Numbered from the stretch's first letter, positions 50,721 through 60,827 are shown. The stretch: DNA of 64,000 bases from an uncultured delta proteobacterium (GCA_963806225.1 CAWDXG010000004.1:2112001-2176000); one strand, 5' to 3'. The notes: generated from the sequence alone by a model not told the origin. Numbers and translations: made by a program.

Positions 50721-51044
50721 GTGATCGGAAAGCTCGGCCGCCGCGCCATCGACCTCTTGGTCGTGCTGTTCGCGCTGCTCGGCTTCGCCTTCGTCCCGCT
50801 CGGAAAGCACACCGCGCTCGAGCACGTCGTGGCGATCTTCTCCACCAGCCCCGCGCGGGACGCCGGCCACGAGCTGGTCGAAGCGACGGACCGGCTGAAG
50901 CGGCAGCTGCTGGGCGGCCTTCGCAGCGACACCGTCCCCTCCGCCGAACCGCCGTCGAACGCCGCGCCCGCCCGGCGCCGACGCCAGGGCGCAGCCCGCC
51001 GCGACGCCGGCCCGCCGGACGCTAGCCTCACCTGGGCCCCGTAG
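50721..51044 (+). CDS. Hypothetical membrane protein
   Basis: N-terminal TM helix, FVPLGKHTALEH. Confidence 0.6.
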   Translation: MIGKLGRRAIDLLVVLFALLGFAFVPLGKHTALEHVVAIFSTSPARDAGHELVEATDRLKRQLLGGLRSDTVPSAEPPSNAAPARRRRQGAARRDAGPPDASLTWAP

Positions 51045-51099
51045 GCCCCGCTTCCCACGCCATAACTCGCCGCCGCGGGCGGCGCAGTACCAGGCCCGC

Positions 51100-52410
51100 C
51101 TACGGCAGCGCGGTGCGGTGCACCACAACGGGGCTGCCGACGGGACCGGTCGGGCCCTGATCGCTGATCACAAAGGTCGTCGTCGCATCAGGCGTCACGG
51201 AGGTGGTGAACGTACAGCTCATGCGCGTCCCGACGAAGGGCGTCAGCACGTTCACCCCGATCGCGTCGGTGGGCGCGCGGTTGTACAGCTGGCTGTACGT
51301 CACGTCGCTCTCCGCGCTCACCGGCAACAGGTTCGAATTGGTCAGCAGGTCCGGCATCTCGCCGACCCCGTCGCCACCGCTCAGGACGACGATCACGCCG
51401 CCCGCCCGCGCGAAGGCGTCCAGCGACGTGGCCCACGCGGTGCCAGCGGACCCGAGCGCGCCGGCCGGCGCGTTTGGCTGGTCGTAGACGAGGAACACGT
51501 CGTAGTCGAGCACGTTGAGCTTCTGTGAAACGCCGGCCACCGTGCTGACCGATGTGATGTTGTAGCTGCGACCGCGGGCGGCGGCGGCCCAACCGATGGT
51601 CTGGTCGACGCGCTGGCGCACGTTGCTCTGGACGTACTGGTCGTAGGCGAGGATGCGCATCGGGTTGGCGAACGGCAGGAACACCGCATTGCCCAGCAGC
51701 ACCGTCTGCGACGAAGTCTGGAAGTTCTGCTGGTAGCTCATGCAGGCAGCGACGATGTGCCCCGCCTTCGCGCCCACGCACTTGCCGCCCTGGCAGAGCC
51801 CGGTCGGGCACACCTTGTTGCAGGACCCACAGTGCTTCGGGTCGCTGTTGGTGTCGACGCACTGGCTACCGCATTTCACCAGCGGCGCCGTGCAGAACGG
51901 CACGCACGCATAGCCGCCGTCGGACGGTGAACAGATCGGCGCAGCCGCCGTGCACTTCGTGTTGCAGTCGCCGCAGCGGCCCGGCTCGTTGTACGGCGGA
52001 GTGCACGCCCCGCCCTCGCCGCCGTCCGCGTTGCCGCCACCGTCGGCGTCCGGATTGCCGCTGTCGCCCGCGTCGGGATGGCCAGCATCGCCGGCGTCGG
52101 GCTTGCCGCCGTCGCCGCTCGTGACGTTGGCGTCGCCGCTGTCGGTCGGCGCCGCGTCCGCGTCGCGGCCGCCGTCCACGCCGCCCTCCGCCGCGCTGCC
52201 ACAGCTGCCCGAGACGCACTGCACGCCCGCCGCGCACGCATGGCCGCAGCTGCCGCAGTGTGCGTGATCGGTCGAGATATCCACGCACTGGCCGCCGCAC
52301 GTGGTGAGCCCCTCGCGGCACTTGCCCCCAACGACGCCCGTCTCCGTGCACGCCAGCGGCAGCAGCAAGGCGACCGCCAGGGCGAGCAGCAACACGCGCA
52401 GCCCTCTCAC
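51100..52410 (-). CDS. Cys-rich lipoprotein with STIG1-like CVD..D..HCG.C repeats
   Basis: Lipobox PLAC, CVDISTDHAHCGSCG and CVDTNSDPKHCGSCN, C-terminal alpha/beta domain; GTGA overlap with the ompA stop. Confidence 0.8.
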   Translation of the reverse strand: MRGLRVLLLALAVALLLPLACTETGVVGGKCREGLTTCGGQCVDISTDHAHCGSCGHACAAGVQCVSGSCGSAAEGGVDGGRDADAAPTDSGDANVTSGDGGKPDAGDAGHPDAGDSGNPDADGGGNADGGEGGACTPPYNEPGRCGDCNTKCTAAAPICSPSDGGYACVPFCTAPLVKCGSQCVDTNSDPKHCGSCNKVCPTGLCQGGKCVGAKAGHIVAACMSYQQNFQTSSQTVLLGNAVFLPFANPMRILAYDQYVQSNVRQRVDQTIGWAAAARGRSYNITSVSTVAGVSQKLNVLDYDVFLVYDQPNAPAGALGSAGTAWATSLDAFARAGGVIVVLSGGDGVGEMPDLLTNSNLLPVSAESDVTYSQLYNRAPTDAIGVNVLTPFVGTRMSCTFTTSVTPDATTTFVISDQGPTGPVGSPVVVHRTALP

Positions 52411-53882
52411 GGCTTCCCTCCGCCGGGCTTGTCTGCGGGCGCCGCGGACTTGCCCTGCGGCTGAGCGGGCTTTTCCGGTCTGGCGCCCGGCTTCGCGGGC
52501 TTCTCGCTCTTGTGGATCACCTTCTTCACCTCGCGCGTGACCTTGAACTCCACGCGACGGTTCAAGAACCAGGCATGCTCGGAGTTCTTCTTCACCAGAG
52601 GGCGGCTCGAGCCGAAGCCCTGATAGCTCAGCCGGCTCTCCTTGATGCCGTGCTTGACCAGATACTCGAGCACGGCCTTGGCGCGCATCGCGCTCAACCT
52701 CTTATTGTACGACGCCGGCCCCCGCTCGTCGGCATGCCCCTGCACATCGATGTGCACGTACTCCGGGTGATCGGCCAGCAGCTTGGTCAAGTGGTTGAGG
52801 AGCGGATAGCTCACGGGTCTGATGATCCAGGAATTGACGCGGAAGTGCACGCGGTCGTCGAGCACAATCTTGTCACCGATGACCCGGACTTGCTCCTCGT
52901 CGGGGCAACCGTCGTCGTCGGCGTAGCCGTTCTTCGTCTCCGGCTCGTTCGGGCAGAGGTCTTCCTTGTCCGGAATGCCGTCCTTGTCGTTGTCCGGATC
53001 CGGGCAGCCATCCTCGTCCTGGAAGCCGTCCACGTCCTCCGGCTCGTTCGGGCACTGGTCGACCTTGTCGGGGATCCCGTCCTTGTCGTTGTCCGGATCG
53101 GGGCAGCCATCCTGGTCCTGGAAGCCGTCCACGTCCTCCGGCACGTTCGGGCAGTGATCGACCTTGTCCGGAATGCCGTCCTTGTCGTTGTCTGGATCGG
53201 GGCAGCCGTCGGCGTCCTGGAAGCCGTCCTTGTCCTCCGGATCGTCGGGGCACTTGTCGACGTTGTCCTTGATGCCGTCGTGGTCGCGGTCACCGATCAC
53301 GTGTCGAGCCGTGTCCCACATCACGTGCACGCCCAGGATCGCGATGTTCGCGTCGTCGGGGCGCAATGCGTCATTCGGCTGGAACACGTGCAGGTAGCCG
53401 AGCATCGGCCCCACGCCTAGCTTGCCGCGCTCGTAGAGCAGGTCGAAGCCCAGCTGCGCGTCCAGCATCCCGCGCGCCAGGCCGCCTGTCGCCGCGACCC
53501 CGCCCGAACCCGCTGCCCACAGCCCTGCCGCGCTCAGGGGCTTGCCGAACCGGTAGCTTCCAGCGAACGGCCGCACGCGTAGACCGATCCCGCCGGTGTA
53601 GGCCGTCGCGGAGCCCCCACGGGCGAGCGTCGGATCCTTCGGCGCGCTGCCCTGCGACAGCCACAGCGCGCCGAGCTCGAGCTGCACGCCTAGCTCGCGG
53701 GTCAAGGGCAGCTCGGCCGCGCCCAGCCCCGTCGCGCCGAAGCCGAGCTCGTCCTTCTGGTGGCCTGTGAAGGCGTGCGCCGCGCCCGCACCGGCGTGCA
53801 GACGCAACGGTTCGGCAGTTGCAGTCGAAGCACAGGCCGCCGCGAGGCAGACCGTGACCAGAGCAGGGAAGAGTGCGCGCAT
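52407..53882 (-). CDS. OmpA-family outer membrane protein with thrombospondin type 3-like Ca-binding repeats
   Basis: Signal peptide, beta-barrel-like N-domain, four 33-aa DxDxDGIPDxxDxCP repeats, QGHAD...YNKRLSAMRA...NRRVEF. Confidence 0.93.
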   Translation of the reverse strand: MRALFPALVTVCLAAACASTATAEPLRLHAGAGAAHAFTGHQKDELGFGATGLGAAELPLTRELGVQLELGALWLSQGSAPKDPTLARGGSATAYTGGIGLRVRPFAGSYRFGKPLSAAGLWAAGSGGVAATGGLARGMLDAQLGFDLLYERGKLGVGPMLGYLHVFQPNDALRPDDANIAILGVHVMWDTARHVIGDRDHDGIKDNVDKCPDDPEDKDGFQDADGCPDPDNDKDGIPDKVDHCPNVPEDVDGFQDQDGCPDPDNDKDGIPDKVDQCPNEPEDVDGFQDEDGCPDPDNDKDGIPDKEDLCPNEPETKNGYADDDGCPDEEQVRVIGDKIVLDDRVHFRVNSWIIRPVSYPLLNHLTKLLADHPEYVHIDVQGHADERGPASYNKRLSAMRAKAVLEYLVKHGIKESRLSYQGFGSSRPLVKKNSEHAWFLNRRVEFKVTREVKKVIHKSEKPAKPGARPEKPAQPQGKSAAPADKPGGGKP

Positions 53883-54085
53883 GGGTCGTCGTAGCTGTCC
53901 CTATCCGGGACGGCCGGACACGCGAGGAAGTTAAGCCCCGCAGATACCAGAGGATTTTCGCACGACTGGCACGCAAGGGGAAACCAGCCGCCCCCGACCG
54001 GCCAATCGCCCAGCTGGCCGGGGCTCGGCTGCGCCGCGTCATGATCGAGCTGCGGCGTCATCGCTGCGGCGTTGCCAGGCGCGGC

Positions 54086-54961
54086 TCACGACGCGCCGGC
54101 GGGCGGCTCGGCGGGGAACACTGCGGGACCGTGGCCCACGCGCATCACGAGGAACTGGTTCTTCGTCGCGCCGACGTTGATCTCGCGGTGGACGAGGCCA
54201 GGGGGGACGATGCCCATGGAGCCGTCGGCGCGCAGGTGCAGCCGCTCCTCGCCGAACTCGACGACGCACTCGCCCTGGAGCAAAAGGACGTAGGTGGTGT
54301 GCTCCCCGTGGTGGTGCCAGGGCGAGGCGCTGCCGGGATCGGTGGAAACGAAGCCCGCCCAGACGTTGCCGTCATCGACGCAGGCCTCGCGGTAGAAGCC
54401 GACGCCGGGCGGAGACGGCAGGGCGACGCGCTCGCTTGGCTTGATGATGGTAATGGCGTCGGTCGCGATGGCGGGCACGGCGGGCGCCTGCGGGGCGGGA
54501 GCGGCGGAAGTGGCGTTCTGGTTTTCGCTCGTGGTGGTCATGTTGGTCTCCTGAATCTGTGCGGTGGTGCTGGATGGGGCGGGGTTTTCGGGCTTGCACG
54601 CTGGATGCCCAGCGCCGCCCGGAGCTCGCCGGGCGGCGCTGGGCATCCAGGAGCGCGGGCCCACCTCGGTGACGACCTCGACGATCGACTCGGTCGGAGG
54701 GGCGGCGAAGTACTCGGCGAATCCCGCCATCGCTTCGCCGAACGCGGGCTGGCCGAGGAAGGCCTGCATCTGCTTCGCGTCGGCCCAGGTGCCGATGGTG
54801 ACGATCTCGTTCTTCTCGCGGTCGGCGCTCATATTCGCGCCGCGCCAGGCGTCGAGGGGCCGCGCGAGCGGTGGGATCTTCTCGTCGAACAGGGCGCGGA
54901 CGGCATCGATGCTGCCGGGCTTGAGCTGGATGGTGTGGATGGCGAGGTAGGTCTTGGTCAT
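54086..54961 (-). CDS. ABM-family monooxygenase-like domain fused in frame to a cupin domain (possibly two genes; second start 54541)
   Basis: ABM-like N-domain; cupin WHHHGE...PPGLVHRE; separate RBS (AGGAG) before ATG 54541. Confidence 0.75.
   Translation of the reverse strand: MTKTYLAIHTIQLKPGSIDAVRALFDEKIPPLARPLDAWRGANMSADREKNEIVTIGTWADAKQMQAFLGQPAFGEAMAGFAEYFAAPPTESIVEVVTEVGPRSWMPSAARRAPGGAGHPACKPENPAPSSTTAQIQETNMTTTSENQNATSAAPAPQAPAVPAIATDAITIIKPSERVALPSPPGVGFYREACVDDGNVWAGFVSTDPGSASPWHHHGEHTTYVLLLQGECVVEFGEERLHLRADGSMGIVPPGLVHREINVGATKNQFLVMRVGHGPAVFPAEPPAGAS
54601..54650. repeat. Perfect 22-bp inverted repeat (6-nt loop) between the ABM and cupin domains
   Basis: CTGGATGCCCAGCGCCGCCCGG-agctcg-CCGGGCGGCGCTGGGCATCCAG. 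Confidence 0.9.
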
Positions 54962-55019
54962 TGGTCTCTCTCCCTGACCGCGGTTGTCTGCGGCCACGAG
55001 AATGAACTTGACCCCGACC

Positions 55020-55050
55020 CATCAAGGGCCCGTCAAGGGAGCGTCAACGC
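55020..55050 (-). promoter_or_regulatory. Three direct repeats with 11-bp period (putative SARP/BTAD binding site)
   Basis: Minus strand GCGTTGACGCT-CCCTTGACGGG-CCCTTGATGGG; TCAA at 55022, 55033 and 55044 on plus. Confidence 0.65.
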
Positions 55051-55110
55051 GCCGCGAAAAGGTCGTAGTCAGTTGTTTCTGTGCGTTGACGATGCCGGCC
55101 TGAAGGCCGG

Positions 55111-57102
55111 TCAGCTCAAGCCGGCGCGCTCCATCATCGCCTTGAGCGCCGTGCCTACCGCCGGGTCCCGGTAGATGAACGTCACGGCGAATCGATCGAG
55201 CGAAAAGCCCGGCTCCTCGGCGTAGATCTCCTCGCACACCCGCGCGGCCGCCTCCGTGTCACCGACGGCCGCGTAGCAGGCGGCGAGGTGGCAGCGGTAG
55301 CGGTTCTGGGTCGGCGTCGCCGCGCGCAGCGCCTCGATGGCTTCGTCGTAGCGATCCTGCAGCATCAGCACGCGCCCGAGGTTGAATTGATAGAAGCCCG
55401 GGTGGAACGGGTTGCTGCGGATGGCCATGCGTGCGAAGCGCTCGGCCTCGGGCTGGTCGCCGAGGAAGCACAACAGAGCCGCCATCTGCGACTGGATGCG
55501 GTCGTCGTTGGGGTTGAGCGCGTAGGCGCGGCGCAGGTAATGCTCGGCCTCGTCGTAGCGACGGCGGAAGAGGTAGAGCTCGCCGATCAGGCGCACGCAC
55601 TCCGTTTCCTCGTCGTCGATCGACTCGATCTCCTTCAGCTTCTTGAAGGCGTCGTCGAGGAGCGCCATGTAGCGCTTGGAGTTCATGCGCTCCGCCCGCC
55701 CCTGCTCGAAGTTCTTCGCGCGAGCGATGGCGCAGCTGAGCCAGCCGCGCGCGAGCGGGTAGTCGGGCTTCTTCTTCAGCGCCTCCTCGAAGAACGCCAC
55801 GGCCTTGTCGGAGTCTTCGGGGGTGTAGCGGTGGTGGTGGAAGCGGCCGCGCAGCACGCACTCGTAGGCGTCGAGGTCAGCGGTCGCCTTGCGCCGCGCG
55901 CGGGCTAGCGCGGCGGCCTCGACGCGGCCGGCAACGGTGGCCACTACGCGCTGCACCAGCTCGTCCTGGAATTCGAAGACGTCGCCGAGCATGCCGTCGT
56001 TCTGCTGCGACCAGATCTGCGCGCCCTGGTCGGCATCGACGAGCTGGGTCGTCACGCGCACGCGGTCGCCTGACAGCTGCACACTGCCTTGCAGGATATG
56101 GTGCACGCCGAGCTGGCGTCCGATCTCCTGCGGCGTGAGCCCGCGGCCGCGCAGTGCGAACGTCGCCGAGCGCGACATCACGCAGAGCGACGAGAACTGC
56201 GACAGCGCCGTGGTAATGTCCTCGGTGAAGCCGTCGCAGAGGTAGTCGCGCGCCGGATCGGCGCTGAGGTTGTCGAAGGGCATCACCGCGATCGACGGCT
56301 TGTCCGGCAGCGGCAGCGTTGGAGCTCGTGGCGCGGGCGGCGCTTCGGCAGCAGCGCCGACTTCGGCTGCGTCGGCCGCTGCGCGGAGCTTCTCGTAGAG
56401 CGCTACCGTCTCGGGCGCGGGCGCCGCGTCCAGGTGACGCCGGAGCGCGTCCTGACACGCCTGGTACTGGGCGACCGCCTCGCTGCGCCGGCCGAGCCGC
56501 GCGTAGACTTCCATCAGCCCGCGGTGCGCTTCTTCGCAGGCCGGGCAGAGCTTGAGCAGACGCCAGTACGTCTCGGTGAGCGCCTCGTCCTCGCCCGCGC
56601 AAGCCTGCTGGGCCGCACAGCGCAGCAGCAGACGCTGTCCGGCGTCCTGCAGGCGCACCCGCGCGTCGCGCACGAAGTCGTCCGCGGGGTCTTCTCCGAA
56701 CACCAGGCCCGGCAGCAGCGGACCGCGCACGTAGTGGGACGGGGCGCAGGCCGGCGCATCCTCGAGCAGCGATAGCCCGCCGAGCACCTCGTCGACATCG
56801 ACGTGCACGCGCGAGAGTTCGAGGCCGACCTCGGTCCCGTCACTGACCAGCACGCCGTCGCCGAGAGCCTTGCGCAGCGACGACAGACATTGCCGAAGGC
56901 TCTGCCGCGCCTGCGCGTCCCCGCTACCCGACCAGAACAGCGACGCGAGCTCCTGTCGGGGAGCACGCTTGCCGTGGGCCAGCGCCAGATACGCGAGCAC
57001 CCCACGCTGCTTTGCGGCCTGGATCGGGATCTCCTGCCCGTCCGGCCCTACGCACTCGAAGGGGCCGAGCAGACGCAAGGACATGCGCGCCGGGTCCGCC
57101 AC
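55111..57102 (-). CDS. SARP-type (wHTH-BTAD) transcriptional regulator with TolB-like and TPR domains
   Basis: LRLLGPF, QARQSLRQCLSSLRK, EEAHRGLM...GRRSEA, KPSIAVMPFDNLS, TPR helices. Confidence 0.9.
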   Translation of the reverse strand: MADPARMSLRLLGPFECVGPDGQEIPIQAAKQRGVLAYLALAHGKRAPRQELASLFWSGSGDAQARQSLRQCLSSLRKALGDGVLVSDGTEVGLELSRVHVDVDEVLGGLSLLEDAPACAPSHYVRGPLLPGLVFGEDPADDFVRDARVRLQDAGQRLLLRCAAQQACAGEDEALTETYWRLLKLCPACEEAHRGLMEVYARLGRRSEAVAQYQACQDALRRHLDAAPAPETVALYEKLRAAADAAEVGAAAEAPPAPRAPTLPLPDKPSIAVMPFDNLSADPARDYLCDGFTEDITTALSQFSSLCVMSRSATFALRGRGLTPQEIGRQLGVHHILQGSVQLSGDRVRVTTQLVDADQGAQIWSQQNDGMLGDVFEFQDELVQRVVATVAGRVEAAALARARRKATADLDAYECVLRGRFHHHRYTPEDSDKAVAFFEEALKKKPDYPLARGWLSCAIARAKNFEQGRAERMNSKRYMALLDDAFKKLKEIESIDDEETECVRLIGELYLFRRRYDEAEHYLRRAYALNPNDDRIQSQMAALLCFLGDQPEAERFARMAIRSNPFHPGFYQFNLGRVLMLQDRYDEAIEALRAATPTQNRYRCHLAACYAAVGDTEAAARVCEEIYAEEPGFSLDRFAVTFIYRDPAVGTALKAMMERAGLS

Positions 57103-57337
57103 GACGGAACTCTAGCAGATCAAGCCGGATTGCCGACGATACCGTCCGCGACGCGCGCGCTGCCCCGCGCAGCGCCGGGAGATGTGGCGCTTCGCCGCGA
57201 AGCAGGCGCCGGTGGCGAGGGGCCTACGCAGCCCTGACCCGCATGGCCAACGGCGATGCGCAGCTTCCAGGGGAAGTCTGGTCGCACAACAACGACGTGA
57301 CCGCCATGCACCCGATCGGCGGCCGGCATGTGACGAA

Positions 57338-57685
57338 CTATCCCGTCGGGCGCGCTACGTCGGGGTGTTCATTGTAGAAGGCGTCGAGGCTTTCCTGGCT
57401 GATGCGGACCTCGATTTCGCCTTCTTGCTCGATGCGGGTCTGACAGCCCAGGCGGGAGGTCATGCGCACGTCGAAGGCCTTGTCGAGGATATCTTCTTCC
57501 TCTTCCTCGGCCTCGCTGAGGAGCTCCAGGCCCTTTTCCACGTAGACGTGGCAGGTGCTGCACGCGCACACGCCGCCGCAGGCGTCGCCTTCGGGCGCGC
57601 CGCACTTGCGCGAGGCCTGGAGGAGGGTGGTGCCGACGGGCACTTCGACTTCGATGCCTTGATCGAGGTAGCGGACCTTGGCCAT
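57338..57685 (-). CDS. fdx: ISC-type [2Fe-2S] ferredoxin
   Basis: CGGVCACSTCH...SRLGCQ; TGATG overlap with hscA. Confidence 0.93.
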   Translation of the reverse strand: MAKVRYLDQGIEVEVPVGTTLLQASRKCGAPEGDACGGVCACSTCHVYVEKGLELLSEAEEEEEDILDKAFDVRMTSRLGCQTRIEQEGEIEVRISQESLDAFYNEHPDVARPTG

Positions 57686-59610
57686 CAGCCTGCCTTGTTC
57701 CTTGCGTGGGCTTCGACGTGGGCGTCGACACCGGCGGCGTGGGAGACGGTGCCTTCGACGTCGCCGACGCGCTTGCCGCCAATGGCCTGCGCGATGGCGC
57801 GGTTCATGCGGCGACCGGCCCACTCGTGCGTCGCGTCGTCGAGCTCGTCGATGCGCGCCTGCACCGTGGAAGCGTGCTTGGCTTCGCCGACCGCGTCCGA
57901 GAGCGCGCGGAAGGCCGCCTCGATCTGCGTCTTCTCGTCGCCTTCGAGCAGATCGCCGTCGGCGCCGAGCGCTTTCTTCGTCGCGAGCAGGATGCGTTCG
58001 CCCTCCACGCGCGCATCGGCGAGGCGTCGCGCCTCGTAGTCCTCCTCACCGTGGTCGAGCGCGTCGAGCAGCATGTCCTCGACCTGCTCGTCGCTCAGGC
58101 CGTAGCTCGGCTTGACCTCGACCTTCTGCTCGAGGCCCGTGGTGAGCTCGAGCGCGTGCACCTGCAGCAGGCTGTTCTCGTCGACGTGGAACGTCACTTC
58201 CAGCCGCGCCATGCCGGCGGGCATGGGCGGGATGCCGCGCAGCGTGAAGCGCGCCAGCGAGCGGCAGTCGCCGGCCAGCTCGCGCTCGCCCTGCACCACG
58301 TGGATCTCGAAGCCCGTCTGGTTGTCGGCGTAGGTCGTGAACGTGCTCTTGGCGCCGGCGGGGATGGTGGTGTTGCGCGGCAGGATGCGGTCCACGCCGC
58401 CGCCCATCGTCTCGATCCCGAGCGACAGCGGCAGCACGTCGAGCAAGAGCACCTCGTCGCTGGAGGTGGCGAGCAGATCGGCCTGCACGGCCGCGCCGTA
58501 GGCGACGACCAGATCCGGATCGATGTCGCCCAGCGGCTCCCGCCCGAACACCTCCGCCACGAAGCTCTTCACACGCGGCACGCGCGTCGAACCGCCCACC
58601 AGGATCACGCCGTCGATCTGTTCTTTCGTGACGCCCGCGTCGCGCAGCGCGCGGCGGCAGGCACGACCGGTGCGCTCGAGCAGCGGCTGGATCAGCTCGT
58701 CGAAATCCGCGCGCGCGATGCGGAACGACACGTCGCCTCCCCCGCGCTTCGGCAGCTCTGCGTACACTTCCGCCGCGTCGGTCAGGCCGTGCTTCACGCG
58801 GCGCGCGGCCTCGAGCGCGATGCTGATGACCTCCGGCGTGCGGCTCGCGTCGTCGCTGCAGCCCATCGCGTCGAGCATGCGCTCGGCGATCAGCCGATCC
58901 ATGTCGTCGCCGCCGAGCGCGCTGTCGCCGCCGGTGCTCCGCACCTGGAAAATGCCGTCCTCCAGCGTGAGCAGCGTGATGTCGAAGGTGCCGCCGCCCA
59001 GGTCGTACACGGCGAACAGGCCGTTGTGTTTCTTCTCCAGGCCGTACGCGAGCGCCGCGGCCGTTGGCTCGTTGAGCAGACGCAGCACCTCGATGCCCGC
59101 GAGCCGTCCGGCGTCGCGTGTGGCCTGGCGCTGCGCATCGTCGAAATACGCCGGCACCGTGATAACCGCGCCGCCCACGGCGTGCAGCTGATCGACGGCG
59201 CTCTGCTTCAGGCTCTTCAGGATCTCGGCGCTCACTTCGACGGGCGTGGCCACCCTGTCGCCCAGATCGAAGCGCACGACCTTGGCGTCGTCGTCGCTCT
59301 GCGGCTTCACGAAACGGTAGGCGCCGAGCCGCTCCGTCTCGGCGTCGCCCGCGCCACGCCCCATGAAGCGCTTCACGCTCGCGATGGTGCGCCCGGGCTC
59401 GCGCGTCGCGTACGGTCGCGCCGACGCGCCCACGATCACGCTGCCATGCGGCCCGTAGTGCACGATCGACGGCAGCAGCGCCGCCCCGTCGCAGGTCGTC
59501 AGCGCCACCGGCCGCCCGTCGCGCACGTGCGCCACGATCGAGTGCGTCGTGCCCAGATCGATACCGATGGGTGCGGGCGGCGCTTTGGGGTCGAAAATGT
59601 CGAGCAGCAT
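57685..59610 (-). CDS. hscA: Fe-S assembly chaperone HscA
   Basis: [39 protein letters not shown]; isc context. Confidence 0.95.
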   Translation of the reverse strand: MLLDIFDPKAPPAPIGIDLGTTHSIVAHVRDGRPVALTTCDGAALLPSIVHYGPHGSVIVGASARPYATREPGRTIASVKRFMGRGAGDAETERLGAYRFVKPQSDDDAKVVRFDLGDRVATPVEVSAEILKSLKQSAVDQLHAVGGAVITVPAYFDDAQRQATRDAGRLAGIEVLRLLNEPTAAALAYGLEKKHNGLFAVYDLGGGTFDITLLTLEDGIFQVRSTGGDSALGGDDMDRLIAERMLDAMGCSDDASRTPEVISIALEAARRVKHGLTDAAEVYAELPKRGGGDVSFRIARADFDELIQPLLERTGRACRRALRDAGVTKEQIDGVILVGGSTRVPRVKSFVAEVFGREPLGDIDPDLVVAYGAAVQADLLATSSDEVLLLDVLPLSLGIETMGGGVDRILPRNTTIPAGAKSTFTTYADNQTGFEIHVVQGERELAGDCRSLARFTLRGIPPMPAGMARLEVTFHVDENSLLQVHALELTTGLEQKVEVKPSYGLSDEQVEDMLLDALDHGEEDYEARRLADARVEGERILLATKKALGADGDLLEGDEKTQIEAAFRALSDAVGEAKHASTVQARIDELDDATHEWAGRRMNRAIAQAIGGKRVGDVEGTVSHAAGVDAHVEAHARNKAG

Positions 59611-59657
59611 GACATTTCTACAATTCAGCTGACGGTGTTGAGGCTCCTATCACGAGT

Positions 59658-59854
59658 GAACAGGAAGACTGGGAAGCGCTCTCTACGCCCATGGGTGACG
59701 GCCTATTTTCTGGGGGTCGAGGGGTGGTGCTCGTCATACGGCTCGTCCAGAGGGTGGGCGGCGGGTCTGCGACGTGCAAGTCTCTGGATTAGCAGTGTTC
59801 GGGCGAGCCAGCGCTCGACCCCAGAAACCTTCCAGTCTTCCAGTCTTCCTGTTC
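59658..59854. mobile_element. Non-coding nested inverted-repeat element (MITE/REP-like) between hscB and hscA
   Basis: Outer perfect 15-bp IR GAACAGGAAGACTGG (59658-59672) / CCAGTCTTCCTGTTC (59840-59854); inner IR TTTCTGGGGGTCGAG / CTCGACCCCAGAAA; lower GC than flanks. Confidence 0.6.
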
Positions 59855-59890
59855 CAGAAACCTCACAGGGTGATCCAGATCCGTACGAAC

Positions 59891-60406
59891 TCAGAACAGC
59901 TCGTCCTCGATGGCGGCGGCTTCGTCGAGGAAGCGGCGGTAGTAGCGGAGCTCGCCGAGCTGGCGGAGTAGATCGTCGCCGGCCGCGTGCGACTTGAAGC
60001 CGGCGTCGAGCTTGACGAGCACGCGCGCCTCGCGCTCGCGGATGCCGTCGGAGAGCTTCTCCAGTGCCGCCTGGTCGCGGGAGCGCCGCGCGTCGGCGAG
60101 CGCTTCGCGCTGCTCCATCATCTCCATCAGGAGCTCCGGATCGGCCTTCGGCTCGGCGCCGTCGCCCACCGGCACGCCCGAACGCGCGAGCAGCGCCTCG
60201 GCGCGACGGATCGGATCGCGCAGCTGCCGCCACGCCTCGTTCACCTCGATGGCGCGGCCGAGAGCCTGGCGCCGCTCCGCCGCCGGCCGCCCCGCGTAGC
60301 GATCCGGATGCAGCGCGCGGCTCAGGTCGCGATGGCGCTTCTCCAGCGCTCCGGGATCGAGATCGAAGCTGGGCTCGACGCCCAATGTCTCGAACGGATC
60401 GGCCAC
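59891..60406 (-). CDS. hscB: Fe-S co-chaperone HscB
   Basis: DPFETLG, J-domain HPD, VNEAWRQLRDPIRRAE, ELRYYRRF. Confidence 0.92.
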   Translation of the reverse strand: MADPFETLGVEPSFDLDPGALEKRHRDLSRALHPDRYAGRPAAERRQALGRAIEVNEAWRQLRDPIRRAEALLARSGVPVGDGAEPKADPELLMEMMEQREALADARRSRDQAALEKLSDGIREREARVLVKLDAGFKSHAAGDDLLRQLGELRYYRRFLDEAAAIEDELF

Positions 60407-60411
60407 CGCAA

Positions 60412-60811
60412 CTAGCGCACCGTGAAGGAATGCCCGCAGCCGCAGCTCGAGGCTTCCTGCGGGTTTCTGAACTTGAAGCCCTGGAACATCAGCGTGCGCT
60501 CGTAGTCGAGCATCGAGCCGGCGAGGTAGATCAGGCTCTTCTTGTCGACGTAGAACTTCACGCCGCCGAACTCGAACACCCGGTCGCGCTCGCGCGGCGG
60601 GTCGTCCGAGAACTCGATCACGTAGCTGAAACCCGAGCAGCCCCCGCCGCGGATCCCGAGCCGGATCGCCGCGTCGGGCGTGCCGCGCTTGGCGAGCTTC
60701 TCCTTCGCGAACTCTACCGCCTCGTCGCTGACCGTGATGGCCCGCTTCGCCTCGCTCCGCGACAGGCGGCGGCGTCGGTGGATTCGCTGGCTCTGTGTCA
60801 TCTGCGCTCAT
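60412..60811 (-). CDS. iscA: Fe-S carrier IscA (HesB family); 5' end probably frameshifted
   Basis: GGGCSGFSY, FRNP..SSCGCGHSF; RBS-preceded ATG 60811 is out of frame with the body, in-frame ATG at 60801. Confidence 0.9.
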
Positions 60812-60827
60812 GGGGTCTCTCCCGATG

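Noticed and set aside
52905..53290. 99-bp-period DNA repeats in ompA
   Set aside because: Explained by ordinary TSP3-like calcium-binding protein repeats with synonymous variation
53960..53985. TGGCACG as a sigma-54 -24 box
   Set aside because: No TTGC -12 element at the required spacing and no gene downstream on that strand
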